Below are positions 23,698 to 30,525 of a stretch of DNA of 30,525 bases, one piece after another (position 1 is the stretch's first letter; every line of letters begins with the position of its first letter). The stretch lies in contig JBIKMK010000001.1 of NCBI GenBank assembly GCA_044359315.1, positions 1 through 30,525 of the forward strand. The letters run 5' to 3'. This stretch comes from Bryobacteraceae bacterium. Lineage in GTDB: Bacteria > Acidobacteriota > Terriglobia > Bryobacterales > Bryobacteraceae. The notes beneath the pieces are model-generated. The model ran no database searches. It worked only from the letters and a program-made list of their open reading frames with translations, and had not been told where the DNA came from. A program made the position numbers and the translations under genes.

Positions 23698-23964
23698 ATG
23701 GAAAACGAACCACTCCTCTCGCAAATTGGACTCTCTCAGGCCGAGGCCAACGACTTGGTGACCAAGTTCACCAGTTTTTACTACTCCCTGAGTGCAGCGC
23801 AGAAAGCGGTATTCGATGCCGGCCGCCCTTCGCTGAGCGCCGCGCAAGCCGCCGCGGCACTTGGAGCGGGGGTCTCGGTGGATGACCTCCATGGTTTCGT
23901 CTCGTCCGTCACCGGCCAGCCGGGAGCATCCGCCAGTTTCTTGTTAACCAGTCCCCAACCGTGA
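23698..23964 (+). CDS. 88-aa putative RiPP precursor / YcaO-TfuA substrate
   Basis: Fills the kinase-ycaO gap; its TGA overlaps the ycaO GTG (GTGA, 23961-23964); amphipathic helical N-terminal region, Ser/Gly/Ala-rich C-terminus, 13 Ser + 4 Thr, no Cys. Function is inferred from context. Confidence 0.6.
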   Translation: MENEPLLSQIGLSQAEANDLVTKFTSFYYSLSAAQKAVFDAGRPSLSAAQAAAALGAGVSVDDLHGFVSSVTGQPGASASFLLTSPQP

Positions 23965-25262
23965 GTTGGTTTTCGCCCGCGCCTAAACATTCAATTTACT
24001 CGCAACGCGTTATGTCGGCGGCGGAAACCATCCGCCGCATACGGCCTTGGGCGGAAGACTTGGGCGTGACACGGCTGGCGGACATCACCGGATTGGACCG
24101 TTTGGGCCTGCCCACTTACAGTGCGGTGGTCCCAGATTCACGCGATATCATTTCGGTCTACAACGGCAAAGGGCTCCGCCGCGTTGATGCTCAAGCCGGA
24201 GCCTTGATGGAAGCCGTCGAGAGGCAGTCCGCGCTCCGGTGCCGCCCTCCATGGGTGACAGATTCCTATTCGAATAGAGCCGCCGCCGGTGACACTTTAG
24301 ATGTCCGCCGATTGGCTGTCCGCTTACGGCCGGATTATTCAGACGACGCCCTGGGTGAATGGGTGGTGGGCCACCGAGTCGCTGATGGTTCCCCGGTGAT
24401 GGTCCCGGCTGGCGTGGCTGGTTATTTGTGGACGGACCTGCCTCATACATCGCCGGTGGGTTGGGCGAGTTCCAATGGCTTGGCCTCCGGCAACTGTCTT
24501 GAAGAGGCCGTGGCTCATGCCTTGTGCGAGCTGATCGAGCGGGATGCCTGGACCCTGGCAGAACTGGCCAGCCAATGGCTGCCACGCGCCCTCCGTGTGC
24601 GCGCACTCGGCAAGCTGGGCCAGGCGGGACCCGATGATATGGAGCGCTACGCCACCCTGGACATTACCACCGCGCCCCCCGTCACCCGGGCCATCGCCGA
24701 ACGGTTCCACCGCGCCGGACTGCCTCTCCGTGTTCGCCATATCACCTCCGATCTCGGTATCCCCACGTTTGTCGCTGTTACTGCGGAGTGGGTGTTCCCG
24801 GCCTTTCCCCAGGCGCACTTTGGCCTCGGCACTCATCCCAACGCCGAAGTGGCCTTGGTGCGCGCCCTGGTGGAGGTGGCGCAATCTCGTGCCGTCGACA
24901 TCCAAGCTGTCCGCGAGGACATCGTGCTGGCCGGCGATACCGAGACCCAGGGAGCCATCCACACCCGGCGCGCGGCCACCGTTGATACCTCCAGTTGGTT
25001 GCACAACGATTCCTCGCGGCCGGTGGCCTTTTCCGCTATCCCTACTCATCTGTCGACCGATGTCCTGGATGACATACGGTTCATGATGCAGCAACTGCGG
25101 GCCCATGGCTTGACTGAGGTCATCGTGGTGGACCTTACGCCAACGGGCGCTCCGTTCTCGGTGGTGCGCGTCGTCGTGCCCGGCTTAGAATCGTGGGGAG
25201 CGGACCATGGAAAAATCGGGGAACGGGCCACCACCTTCTGGTGCCATGAGCAGCTCCGCTAA
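23961..25262 (+). CDS. ycaO: YcaO-family ATP-dependent backbone-activating enzyme, TfuA-associated (thioamide-forming) type
   Basis: GVTRLADITGLDRLGLP, SVYNGKG, MEAVER, SSNGLASGN, ELIERDA, ALVRALVEVAQSR...I.A.RED, VVRVVVPGLE; no C-terminal PxP motif of azoline-forming YcaOs. Confidence 0.95.
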   Translation: MSWFSPAPKHSIYSQRVMSAAETIRRIRPWAEDLGVTRLADITGLDRLGLPTYSAVVPDSRDIISVYNGKGLRRVDAQAGALMEAVERQSALRCRPPWVTDSYSNRAAAGDTLDVRRLAVRLRPDYSDDALGEWVVGHRVADGSPVMVPAGVAGYLWTDLPHTSPVGWASSNGLASGNCLEEAVAHALCELIERDAWTLAELASQWLPRALRVRALGKLGQAGPDDMERYATLDITTAPPVTRAIAERFHRAGLPLRVRHITSDLGIPTFVAVTAEWVFPAFPQAHFGLGTHPNAEVALVRALVEVAQSRAVDIQAVREDIVLAGDTETQGAIHTRRAATVDTSSWLHNDSSRPVAFSAIPTHLSTDVLDDIRFMMQQLRAHGLTEVIVVDLTPTGAPFSVVRVVVPGLESWGADHGKIGERATTFWCHEQLR

Positions 25263-25899
25263 GACCGCTGTGTTTCTGGGGCCCAGCCTCCGGCAAACCG
25301 AGGCGGCCGCCCTGTTGCCTGGGGCACTGATCCTTCCTCCGATCAAACGTCACGACCTGGCGCGGGCCATTGAAACCTTCGCCCTCACCCGCGTCGGGAT
25401 CATTGACGGTGAGTTTTTCCAAAGTCTCGCCATCTCACCCAAAGAAGTGGTGGCCGCGCTCCGTCAGGGCTGCCAGATCTACGGAGCTTCCAGCATGGGC
25501 GCCCTCCGCGCGGCGGAAACCTGGTCACTGGGAACGGTTGGTGTCGGACGAATTTTTGAGCTTTACCGCTCCGGCGTGATCGAAGGTGATGATGAAGTGG
25601 CGGTCACCTATTGCCCGGAGACCTACCGGCCACAGTCCGAGGCTCTGGCTAGCCTGCGGCTGGCTCTGGCCGACGCAGTCCAGGCGGGCGCGGTGTCTTC
25701 CCGGATGGCGACCCGCTTGGTGGCCCGTTTACGGCGGGCTTACTTCCCCGACCGGAGCCGCCAGCGATTGCTCCTGGAGGCCCGCCAACTCGCTCCGACA
25801 GAAGAACTTGCCGCTCTTCGCCAGTTCCTGGACTCCTGTCCGGACGCCAAAGCGCAGGATGCCCGGCTGTTGTTAGGCCGCCTGCAGGCAGACCCCTGA
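25246..25899 (+). CDS. tfuA: TfuA-like protein (partner of thioamide-forming YcaO)
   Basis: VFLGPSL, LPPIKRHDL, GIIDGEF, KEV..AL..G..IYGASSMGALRAAE, GVGRIFE.YRSG..EGDDEVAV; ATG 25246 overlaps the ycaO end by 17 nt. Confidence 0.93.
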   Translation: MSSSAKTAVFLGPSLRQTEAAALLPGALILPPIKRHDLARAIETFALTRVGIIDGEFFQSLAISPKEVVAALRQGCQIYGASSMGALRAAETWSLGTVGVGRIFELYRSGVIEGDDEVAVTYCPETYRPQSEALASLRLALADAVQAGAVSSRMATRLVARLRRAYFPDRSRQRLLLEARQLAPTEELAALRQFLDSCPDAKAQDARLLLGRLQADP

Positions 25900-26053
25900 C
25901 GGCCCCCGGCATCTCTTGCTTGGCTTGCACAACTTCCGTTCGAACGATCAATGGTGTACATTAGCCTCACACAGGGATGGCGGGTTTGAAGTTCTGCTGA
26001 TTGGGGTGACGTGCCGGAAGGCCCGGTTCTTGTGAATGCTTCTGGAGGGTTTT

Positions 26054-27421
26054 ATGAGTACTTTGTCCACTTCACGGGCTGGCCGGACCGGCCGCCTTAT
26101 CTCACTTGCTGCGTTAGCCTTGATTGGCGCCGGCTCTCTGTTGGGCCGTACAGCGGGCCCACCCACTGAGCGCACCGGCGCTGGGGTCGATGGCGGAACC
26201 AACTGCACCGCGTGCCATCGGGGCGCGCTGGCCAATGCCGACCAACGCGGCCGTATCGCCATTGATGCCGCCTCATACCGGCCGGGCGTGAAACAAATGG
26301 TTCGGGTGACGGTGGAACATCCCGATGCCCTGCGGTGGGGCTTCCAGTTGATTGCCCGGTACGCGAGCGGCGAGACGCGGCAGGCGGGTTCATTTACTCC
26401 CAACGCTCAGACGCGCGTCGTTTGCGGCACGGCCGGTACGGCCGCCCCTTGCAATGGCGAACGTGAGTTTGCCTCACATACGGCCGCGGCCACGGTGCTC
26501 GGTTCCAATGGCCGGATGGCCTTCGAAGTAGAGTGGACGCCCCCGGCCGAAGATGTTGGTGACGTCACGTTTTACGCCGCCGGCATTGCCGCCAACAACG
26601 GCGGGGGCAACACCGGAGACATGGTCTACACCACGTCCACCGTCATCCGCAATGGTGCCGGTTGCGCGCTGGAAACTCCCACCATTCGCGAAGTCTCCAA
26701 CTCAGCTTCTGGCGCTCCGAACATGGCGTTCAATGGGCTGACCTCGATTTACGGGGCCAACTTCAGCCCCACGGGCCGCGCCCGTTCTGTCACGCAGGCG
26801 GAGGTCCGCTTGCTCGCGTTCCCCAAACAGATGGATTGCGTCACGGTACTGGTCAACGGCCGGCCGGCGCCGATCACCTATGCCGGAAGCGGACAGATCA
26901 ACTTCCAGGCTCCGTTTGATCAGTTGAATGCCTCCACCGTGCAAGTGGTGGTGAATCGCGGCCTGGCGAATGAACGTGCCAGCGCGGCGTTTAGCTCGAC
27001 CATCAACCAGCTGCAGCCGGCGCTGTTCACGTTCAATGGAAGCAGCGTTGCCGCCATTGGGCCGGATGGCACGACGCGCGTGGCGCAGCCGTCGGTGGTT
27101 CCGGGTGCCCGACCAGCCAAGCCGGGCGACGTGGTTTCGATCTTCGCCACCGGGTTGGGTGTCACGAATCCCGCTTGGGACTCCGGTGACATTGCGCGCA
27201 ATGCCTCGCCACTTCAAGTTCCGGTCTCGGTGGAAGTGGGCGGCATGACGGTGCCGGCCGCGGACATCCTCTACCAGGGCGCGGCGGTGCAGGCCATTTC
27301 GGGTCTCTATCAGGTGAACGTGCGGCTTCCGATGGGTCTCGGAGCCGGCGATCAGACGCTGGTGATCCGCCAGTCTGGCTTGGCTTCCCAAGCCGGAGTA
27401 ACGATCCCCATCGTTCCGTAA
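26054..27421 (+). CDS. Secreted protein: Reeler-like (choice-of-anchor V type) domain with CxxCH motif plus Solibacter-type C-terminal IPT/TIG (TIGR03437-like) domain
   Basis: Signal-like N-terminus; GPP..RTGA...CTACH...Y.PG....V.V....WGFQL...FEVEWTPPA..VG.VTFYAAG.AAN; then VSNSAS...SIYG.N...VLVNG.PAP..YA...QINFQ.P...QPALFT...PAKPGDVVSIFATGLG...GLYQVNV..P. SD GGAGG before ATG 26054. Family names recalled, not searched. Confidence 0.75.
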   Translation: MSTLSTSRAGRTGRLISLAALALIGAGSLLGRTAGPPTERTGAGVDGGTNCTACHRGALANADQRGRIAIDAASYRPGVKQMVRVTVEHPDALRWGFQLIARYASGETRQAGSFTPNAQTRVVCGTAGTAAPCNGEREFASHTAAATVLGSNGRMAFEVEWTPPAEDVGDVTFYAAGIAANNGGGNTGDMVYTTSTVIRNGAGCALETPTIREVSNSASGAPNMAFNGLTSIYGANFSPTGRARSVTQAEVRLLAFPKQMDCVTVLVNGRPAPITYAGSGQINFQAPFDQLNASTVQVVVNRGLANERASAAFSSTINQLQPALFTFNGSSVAAIGPDGTTRVAQPSVVPGARPAKPGDVVSIFATGLGVTNPAWDSGDIARNASPLQVPVSVEVGGMTVPAADILYQGAAVQAISGLYQVNVRLPMGLGAGDQTLVIRQSGLASQAGVTIPIVP

Positions 27422-27432
27422 GTACAGAACAA

Positions 27433-27478
27433 GAAAAAAGGGGGAGGTGCCATCGCGGCATCCTCCCCCTTTTCTGTT
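27433..27478. terminator. Bidirectional intrinsic terminator between convergent genes
   Basis: AAAAAA-GGGGGAGG-TGCC-ATCGC-GGCA-T-CCTCCCCC-TTTTCTGTTT: GC stem with A-tract before and T-tract after. Confidence 0.9.
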
Positions 27479-27498
27479 TGTTGACGCCTTCCGCGGCG

Positions 27499-29058
27499 TT
27501 ATAGCAGTTTTTCCGCGATCGACTTGGGCTGCACAAACTGCAGCAGGTAGTCCGGGCCGCCGGCCTTAGAATCAGTTCCGCTCATGTTGAAGCCACCAAA
27601 TGGGTTGGCCCCCACCATGGCACCGGTGCACTTGCGATTGATGTAGAGATTGCCGACAAAGAACTGCTCGCGGGCTTTGCGAATCTTTTCCGGGTTGCGA
27701 GTGTAGGCTGCGCCTGTCAGCCCGTACTCGGAATCGTTCGCCAGTTCCAGAGCATGATCGAAGTCGCGGGCCTTGGTGACGGCCAGCACCGGTCCAAAGA
27801 TCTCTTCCTGGAAGAGCCGGTCGGTGGATTCGATGTCGGCGATGATGGTGGGCTGGATAAAGTAGCCTTCGCCTTCGGCCGCTTCGCCGCCCGTGATCAG
27901 GCGGCCTTCCTGCTTGCCCACTTCGATGTAGTCGAGAATCGACTTCTTCGCCCCGGCATTGATCACCGGGCCCATGTAGTACTGCGGATCGTCGGCGGGG
28001 CCTTGCGTCAGCTGCTCGGCGCGCTCCTTAATGCGCCCAATCAAGTCGTCGTAGACCGGCTCATCGATGATCAGCCGTGAACAGGCCGAGCACTTCTGCC
28101 CTTGGAAACCGAACGCCGCAGCGACGATACCCTGGGCGGCGGCGTCCAGGTCCGCATCGCGGTCCACGATGATGGCATCCTTGCCACCCATCTCGGCGAC
28201 AACCCGCTTGATCCACTTCTGCCCGGGCTGTGTTTTGGCCGCCAGTTCATTGATCCGCAGGCCGACTTCTTTCGATCCCGTAAAGGAGATGAAGCGCGTC
28301 TTGGGGTGGGCCACCAGCAGGTCGCCAATGGCGGAGCCGGAGCCGGGCAGCAACGTGAAGGCGCGCTCCGGGAAGCCCGCTTCCGTCAGCACTTCCATAA
28401 ACTTCGCGGCGATCGTGGGCGTGTCACTCGACGGCTTGATCACCACCGTGTTGCCGGTCACCAGCGAAGCCACGGCCATGCCCACCAGAATGGCCAGCGG
28501 GAAGTTCCACGGCGGCACAACGATGCCGACGCCCAGCGGCAGGTAGACCAGCACGCCTTCTTCGCCCGGCATCTGCACCAACGGCTCCGGGGAATCTAGC
28601 TTCGCCATCTGGCGGGCGTAGTAGGCCATAAAGTCGATCGCTTCGCAAACGTCGGCTTCGGCCTCATTCCAGTTCTTGCCCGACTCCACGACCAGCCAAG
28701 CGTTGAACTCATCCTTGCGCCGGCGCAAAATCTCGACGGCGCGGTTGGTGGTGGCAATGCGGTGCGAGGCGGGGGTGCGGCTCCACTCCTTGAAGTAAGC
28801 GAAAGCCGTTTCCACTGCCTGGTTTGCCATGTCGACGGTCGCCTTTTGGTGGACGCCGACAATCTCCGATGGCCGTGACGGGTTCACGGAGCGGATCTTG
28901 TCATCAGTGAAAAACTCATCGCGCCCGATGCGCAGCGGATACTCGCGGCCCAAGTCCTCGCGGACCTTGGCCAGGGCAGCTTCCATCGCCTGGCGGTGGA
29001 CGGGTTGCGAGAAGTCGCGAAAGGACTCGTTAACAAATGGCGGCAGAGAGATGCTCAT
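27499..29058 (-). CDS. pruA: L-glutamate gamma-semialdehyde (1-pyrroline-5-carboxylate) dehydrogenase, monofunctional
   Basis: F.NE.F.DFS, EA.ADVCEAIDF..YYA, PPWNFPLAI, FTGS.EVG, AEMGGKD, FGFQGQKCSACSR, EEIFGP, GNLYINRKCTGA.VG..PFGGFNMSGTDSKAGGPDYL; ATG 29058 with SD AGGAG. Confidence 0.93.
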   Translation of the reverse strand: MSISLPPFVNESFRDFSQPVHRQAMEAALAKVREDLGREYPLRIGRDEFFTDDKIRSVNPSRPSEIVGVHQKATVDMANQAVETAFAYFKEWSRTPASHRIATTNRAVEILRRRKDEFNAWLVVESGKNWNEAEADVCEAIDFMAYYARQMAKLDSPEPLVQMPGEEGVLVYLPLGVGIVVPPWNFPLAILVGMAVASLVTGNTVVIKPSSDTPTIAAKFMEVLTEAGFPERAFTLLPGSGSAIGDLLVAHPKTRFISFTGSKEVGLRINELAAKTQPGQKWIKRVVAEMGGKDAIIVDRDADLDAAAQGIVAAAFGFQGQKCSACSRLIIDEPVYDDLIGRIKERAEQLTQGPADDPQYYMGPVINAGAKKSILDYIEVGKQEGRLITGGEAAEGEGYFIQPTIIADIESTDRLFQEEIFGPVLAVTKARDFDHALELANDSEYGLTGAAYTRNPEKIRKAREQFFVGNLYINRKCTGAMVGANPFGGFNMSGTDSKAGGPDYLLQFVQPKSIAEKLL

Positions 29059-29168
29059 GCGGGTGCTCCTGAAAAGAGGGGAATCGGCAGATCGGTCAAT
29101 CAAGATGAGCCTGCCAGACGTAACAGCCCGGCAGGCCCTGGTGGAAATCGGAAAACTGCGGGAGGAAA

Positions 29169-29411
29169 CTAGCCCTGGACCAGCTTCTTGCCGCGCTCAA
29201 ACAGCTCGGCGGCTTCGTCGGCAAACTCGCGGCCCTTCTCGTAGAGGTCACGGCCTTGATCGGCCACGCGGTCACGTCCTTCACTCGCCTTGGCCGCCAG
29301 CAAACGGCGCGTCTGCTCACCCGACTGGGGGGCGAACAGAATGCCGAGGGCAGCGCCGACAGCGGCACCGGCGAGGAACCAAACAATACCTTCGTTGTTA
29401 TCGCGATTCAT
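29169..29411 (-). CDS. YtxH domain-containing protein
   Basis: WFLAGAAVGAALGILFAPQSGEQTR followed by a charged helical tail; SD AAGGAG. Confidence 0.88.
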   Translation of the reverse strand: MNRDNNEGIVWFLAGAAVGAALGILFAPQSGEQTRRLLAAKASEGRDRVADQGRDLYEKGREFADEAAELFERGKKLVQG

Positions 29412-29450
29412 GGGAAAACTCCTTTGATACTTGTATTCGTTCTAGAAACT

Positions 29451-30524
29451 TCAGTGTAGCGCGAGCCACTGTCCGGCGAACGTCTCCCAGCGTAGGCGGT
29501 GCCCATCGGAATGGATGGTGAGACGCCCTTGCCGGTCGGTCCGCAGCGGCAGCGTGTGGGCCTCCGCCAGGGCTTCGAGCGTCTGTGTGTGGGGATGGCC
29601 GTAGCGGTTGGCATCCCCCACGGAGATCAACCCCAGCATCGGCCTGCCTTCAGCCACCAGCGCGGGTGTAGCTCGGGCCTTGCCTCCATGATGAGGTAGC
29701 TTCAAGACGGTGAACTGGCCTTCCGGCGGCTCAAACGTAGTGGCATCTCCGGGCAGCAGGAACCGGTGCTGGCCCATCCGGACATCCAGCACCAGTGAAT
29801 GCTCATTGCGCGGTGGCCCCTCGTATTCTTCTTCCGCTCGCGGCGCTAACGCGGTCACTGCCGCTGCGCCAAAGTTCCAATGTGCCCCGGCCCGGCACTG
29901 GCGAACCGCCACGCCCCGCGCGCGGGCCACGGTGAGCAGCCGGTCCAGCTCGGCACTCCGGCCCAGGCCGGTGATCCAGAGTTCGCGAGGGCGAAAGTTC
30001 TCGATCAGGGCCTGCATTCCGCCCATGTGGTCCGCGTGCGCGTGGGTCAACACCACGATGTCGACGGTGCGGATGGACCGGGACCACAGATACGGAGCCA
30101 CTACCTCTTCACCGATATCCATCGGCTTGGTGGCGCGGCCAAACGTGGGCAGGCCGCCCGCATCCACCAACATGCGCGTGCCATCGGGAAACACCGCCAG
30201 CAAAGCGTCGCCCTGCCCGACATCCAGCGTCGTGATCTCCAGTTCGCCGGACCGGGCGTCAGCAGGAAAAGGATGGATCAGCAGTAATGCCAGGGCACCA
30301 ATGCTCGCCAGCGCCGCCGCCGGTGTCCAGCGCGAACCGGAGCGCAGTAGCCAAGCCAGCAGCAACAGCGTCGCCACCACCAACAGCGCCAGCCAGAATG
30401 GTGGCGCGGGGATGCGAAAGTCCGGCTCCCACTTCAAGTGCCACTGCGCCAAGCCGCTGGCCCAATCCACCATCAGCCGCGTCAGCCAGACCAGTGGCGT
30501 GAAGCCACTCAACGTCGCCGCAAA
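29451..30524 (-). CDS. comEC: ComEC/Rec2 DNA-uptake protein, 3' part (last TM segments plus metallo-beta-lactamase domain); 5' end outside the window
   Basis: LDVGQGDA, MLVDAGG, VV.PYL, THAHADHMGG, NEHSLVL, LLPGD, LKLPHHG, ISVG..NRYGHPH, RTD.QG; frame stays open to the window edge (FAAT upstream of the track's TTG). Confidence 0.9.
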   Translation of the reverse strand, partial: FAATLSGFTPLVWLTRLMVDWASGLAQWHLKWEPDFRIPAPPFWLALLVVATLLLLAWLLRSGSRWTPAAALASIGALALLLIHPFPADARSGELEITTLDVGQGDALLAVFPDGTRMLVDAGGLPTFGRATKPMDIGEEVVAPYLWSRSIRTVDIVVLTHAHADHMGGMQALIENFRPRELWITGLGRSAELDRLLTVARARGVAVRQCRAGAHWNFGAAAVTALAPRAEEEYEGPPRNEHSLVLDVRMGQHRFLLPGDATTFEPPEGQFTVLKLPHHGGKARATPALVAEGRPMLGLISVGDANRYGHPHTQTLEALAEAHTLPLRTDRQGRLTIHSDGHRLRWETFAGQWLALH

Positions 30525-30525
30525 G

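Noticed and set aside
23961-25262. YcaO as an azol(in)e-forming cyclodehydratase (LAP/thiopeptide)
   Set aside because: No C-terminal PxP motif, no E1/ThiF or Ocin-ThiF partner, no flavin dehydrogenase nearby, and TfuA is adjacent.
25930-25970. CGTTCGAACG palindrome as a LexA/SOS box
   Set aside because: Does not fit GAAC-N4-GTTC or the GTTC-N7-GTTC direct repeat; a single short palindrome without support.
29451-30524. Functional link between comEC (DNA uptake) and the DNase II gene
   Set aside because: About 27 kb apart, in different transcription units, and comEC sits in an ordinary housekeeping context (comEC-ytxH-pruA); no evidence of coupling.
1-30525. CRISPR arrays, IS/transposases, integrases, rRNA and tRNA genes
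   Set aside because: No regularly spaced repeats, recombinase motifs or structural RNA signatures found by eye; nearly all sequence is explained by protein-coding genes.

Overview
GC-rich bacterial DNA. The gene styles (Hanks kinase-TPR protein, Solibacter-type C-terminal IPT/TIG domain, flagellar gene layout) suggest Acidobacteriota, Bryobacterales/Solibacter-like; this is inference. Bases ~400-19950 hold a large partial flagellar cluster: flaG-fliS, then flgF-flgG-flgA-flgH-flgI-flgJ on the minus strand, divergent from fliK-flgD-flgE-fliN-fliOPQR-flhB-flhA-flhF-fliA-fliY-like-small membrane protein. Two back-to-back sigma54-type promoters and a palindrome-rich intergenic region separate the arms. 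A secreted DNase II-family nuclease gene with two HxK motifs lies between fliS and flgJ. Next come a secreted sorbosone/PQQ-type dehydrogenase and, on the plus strand, a Ser/Thr kinase-TPR gene, an 88-aa Cys-free putative precursor, YcaO and TfuA, the last three overlapping. This is a candidate minimal thioamide-installing (RiPP or protein-modification) system and the best novelty candidate. A secreted CxxCH Reeler-like/IPT protein, a bidirectional terminator, P5C dehydrogenase, a YtxH protein and the 3' part of comEC follow. No rRNA, tRNA, CRISPR array or transposase was recognised. All family calls come from motif recognition by eye; no database searches were run.
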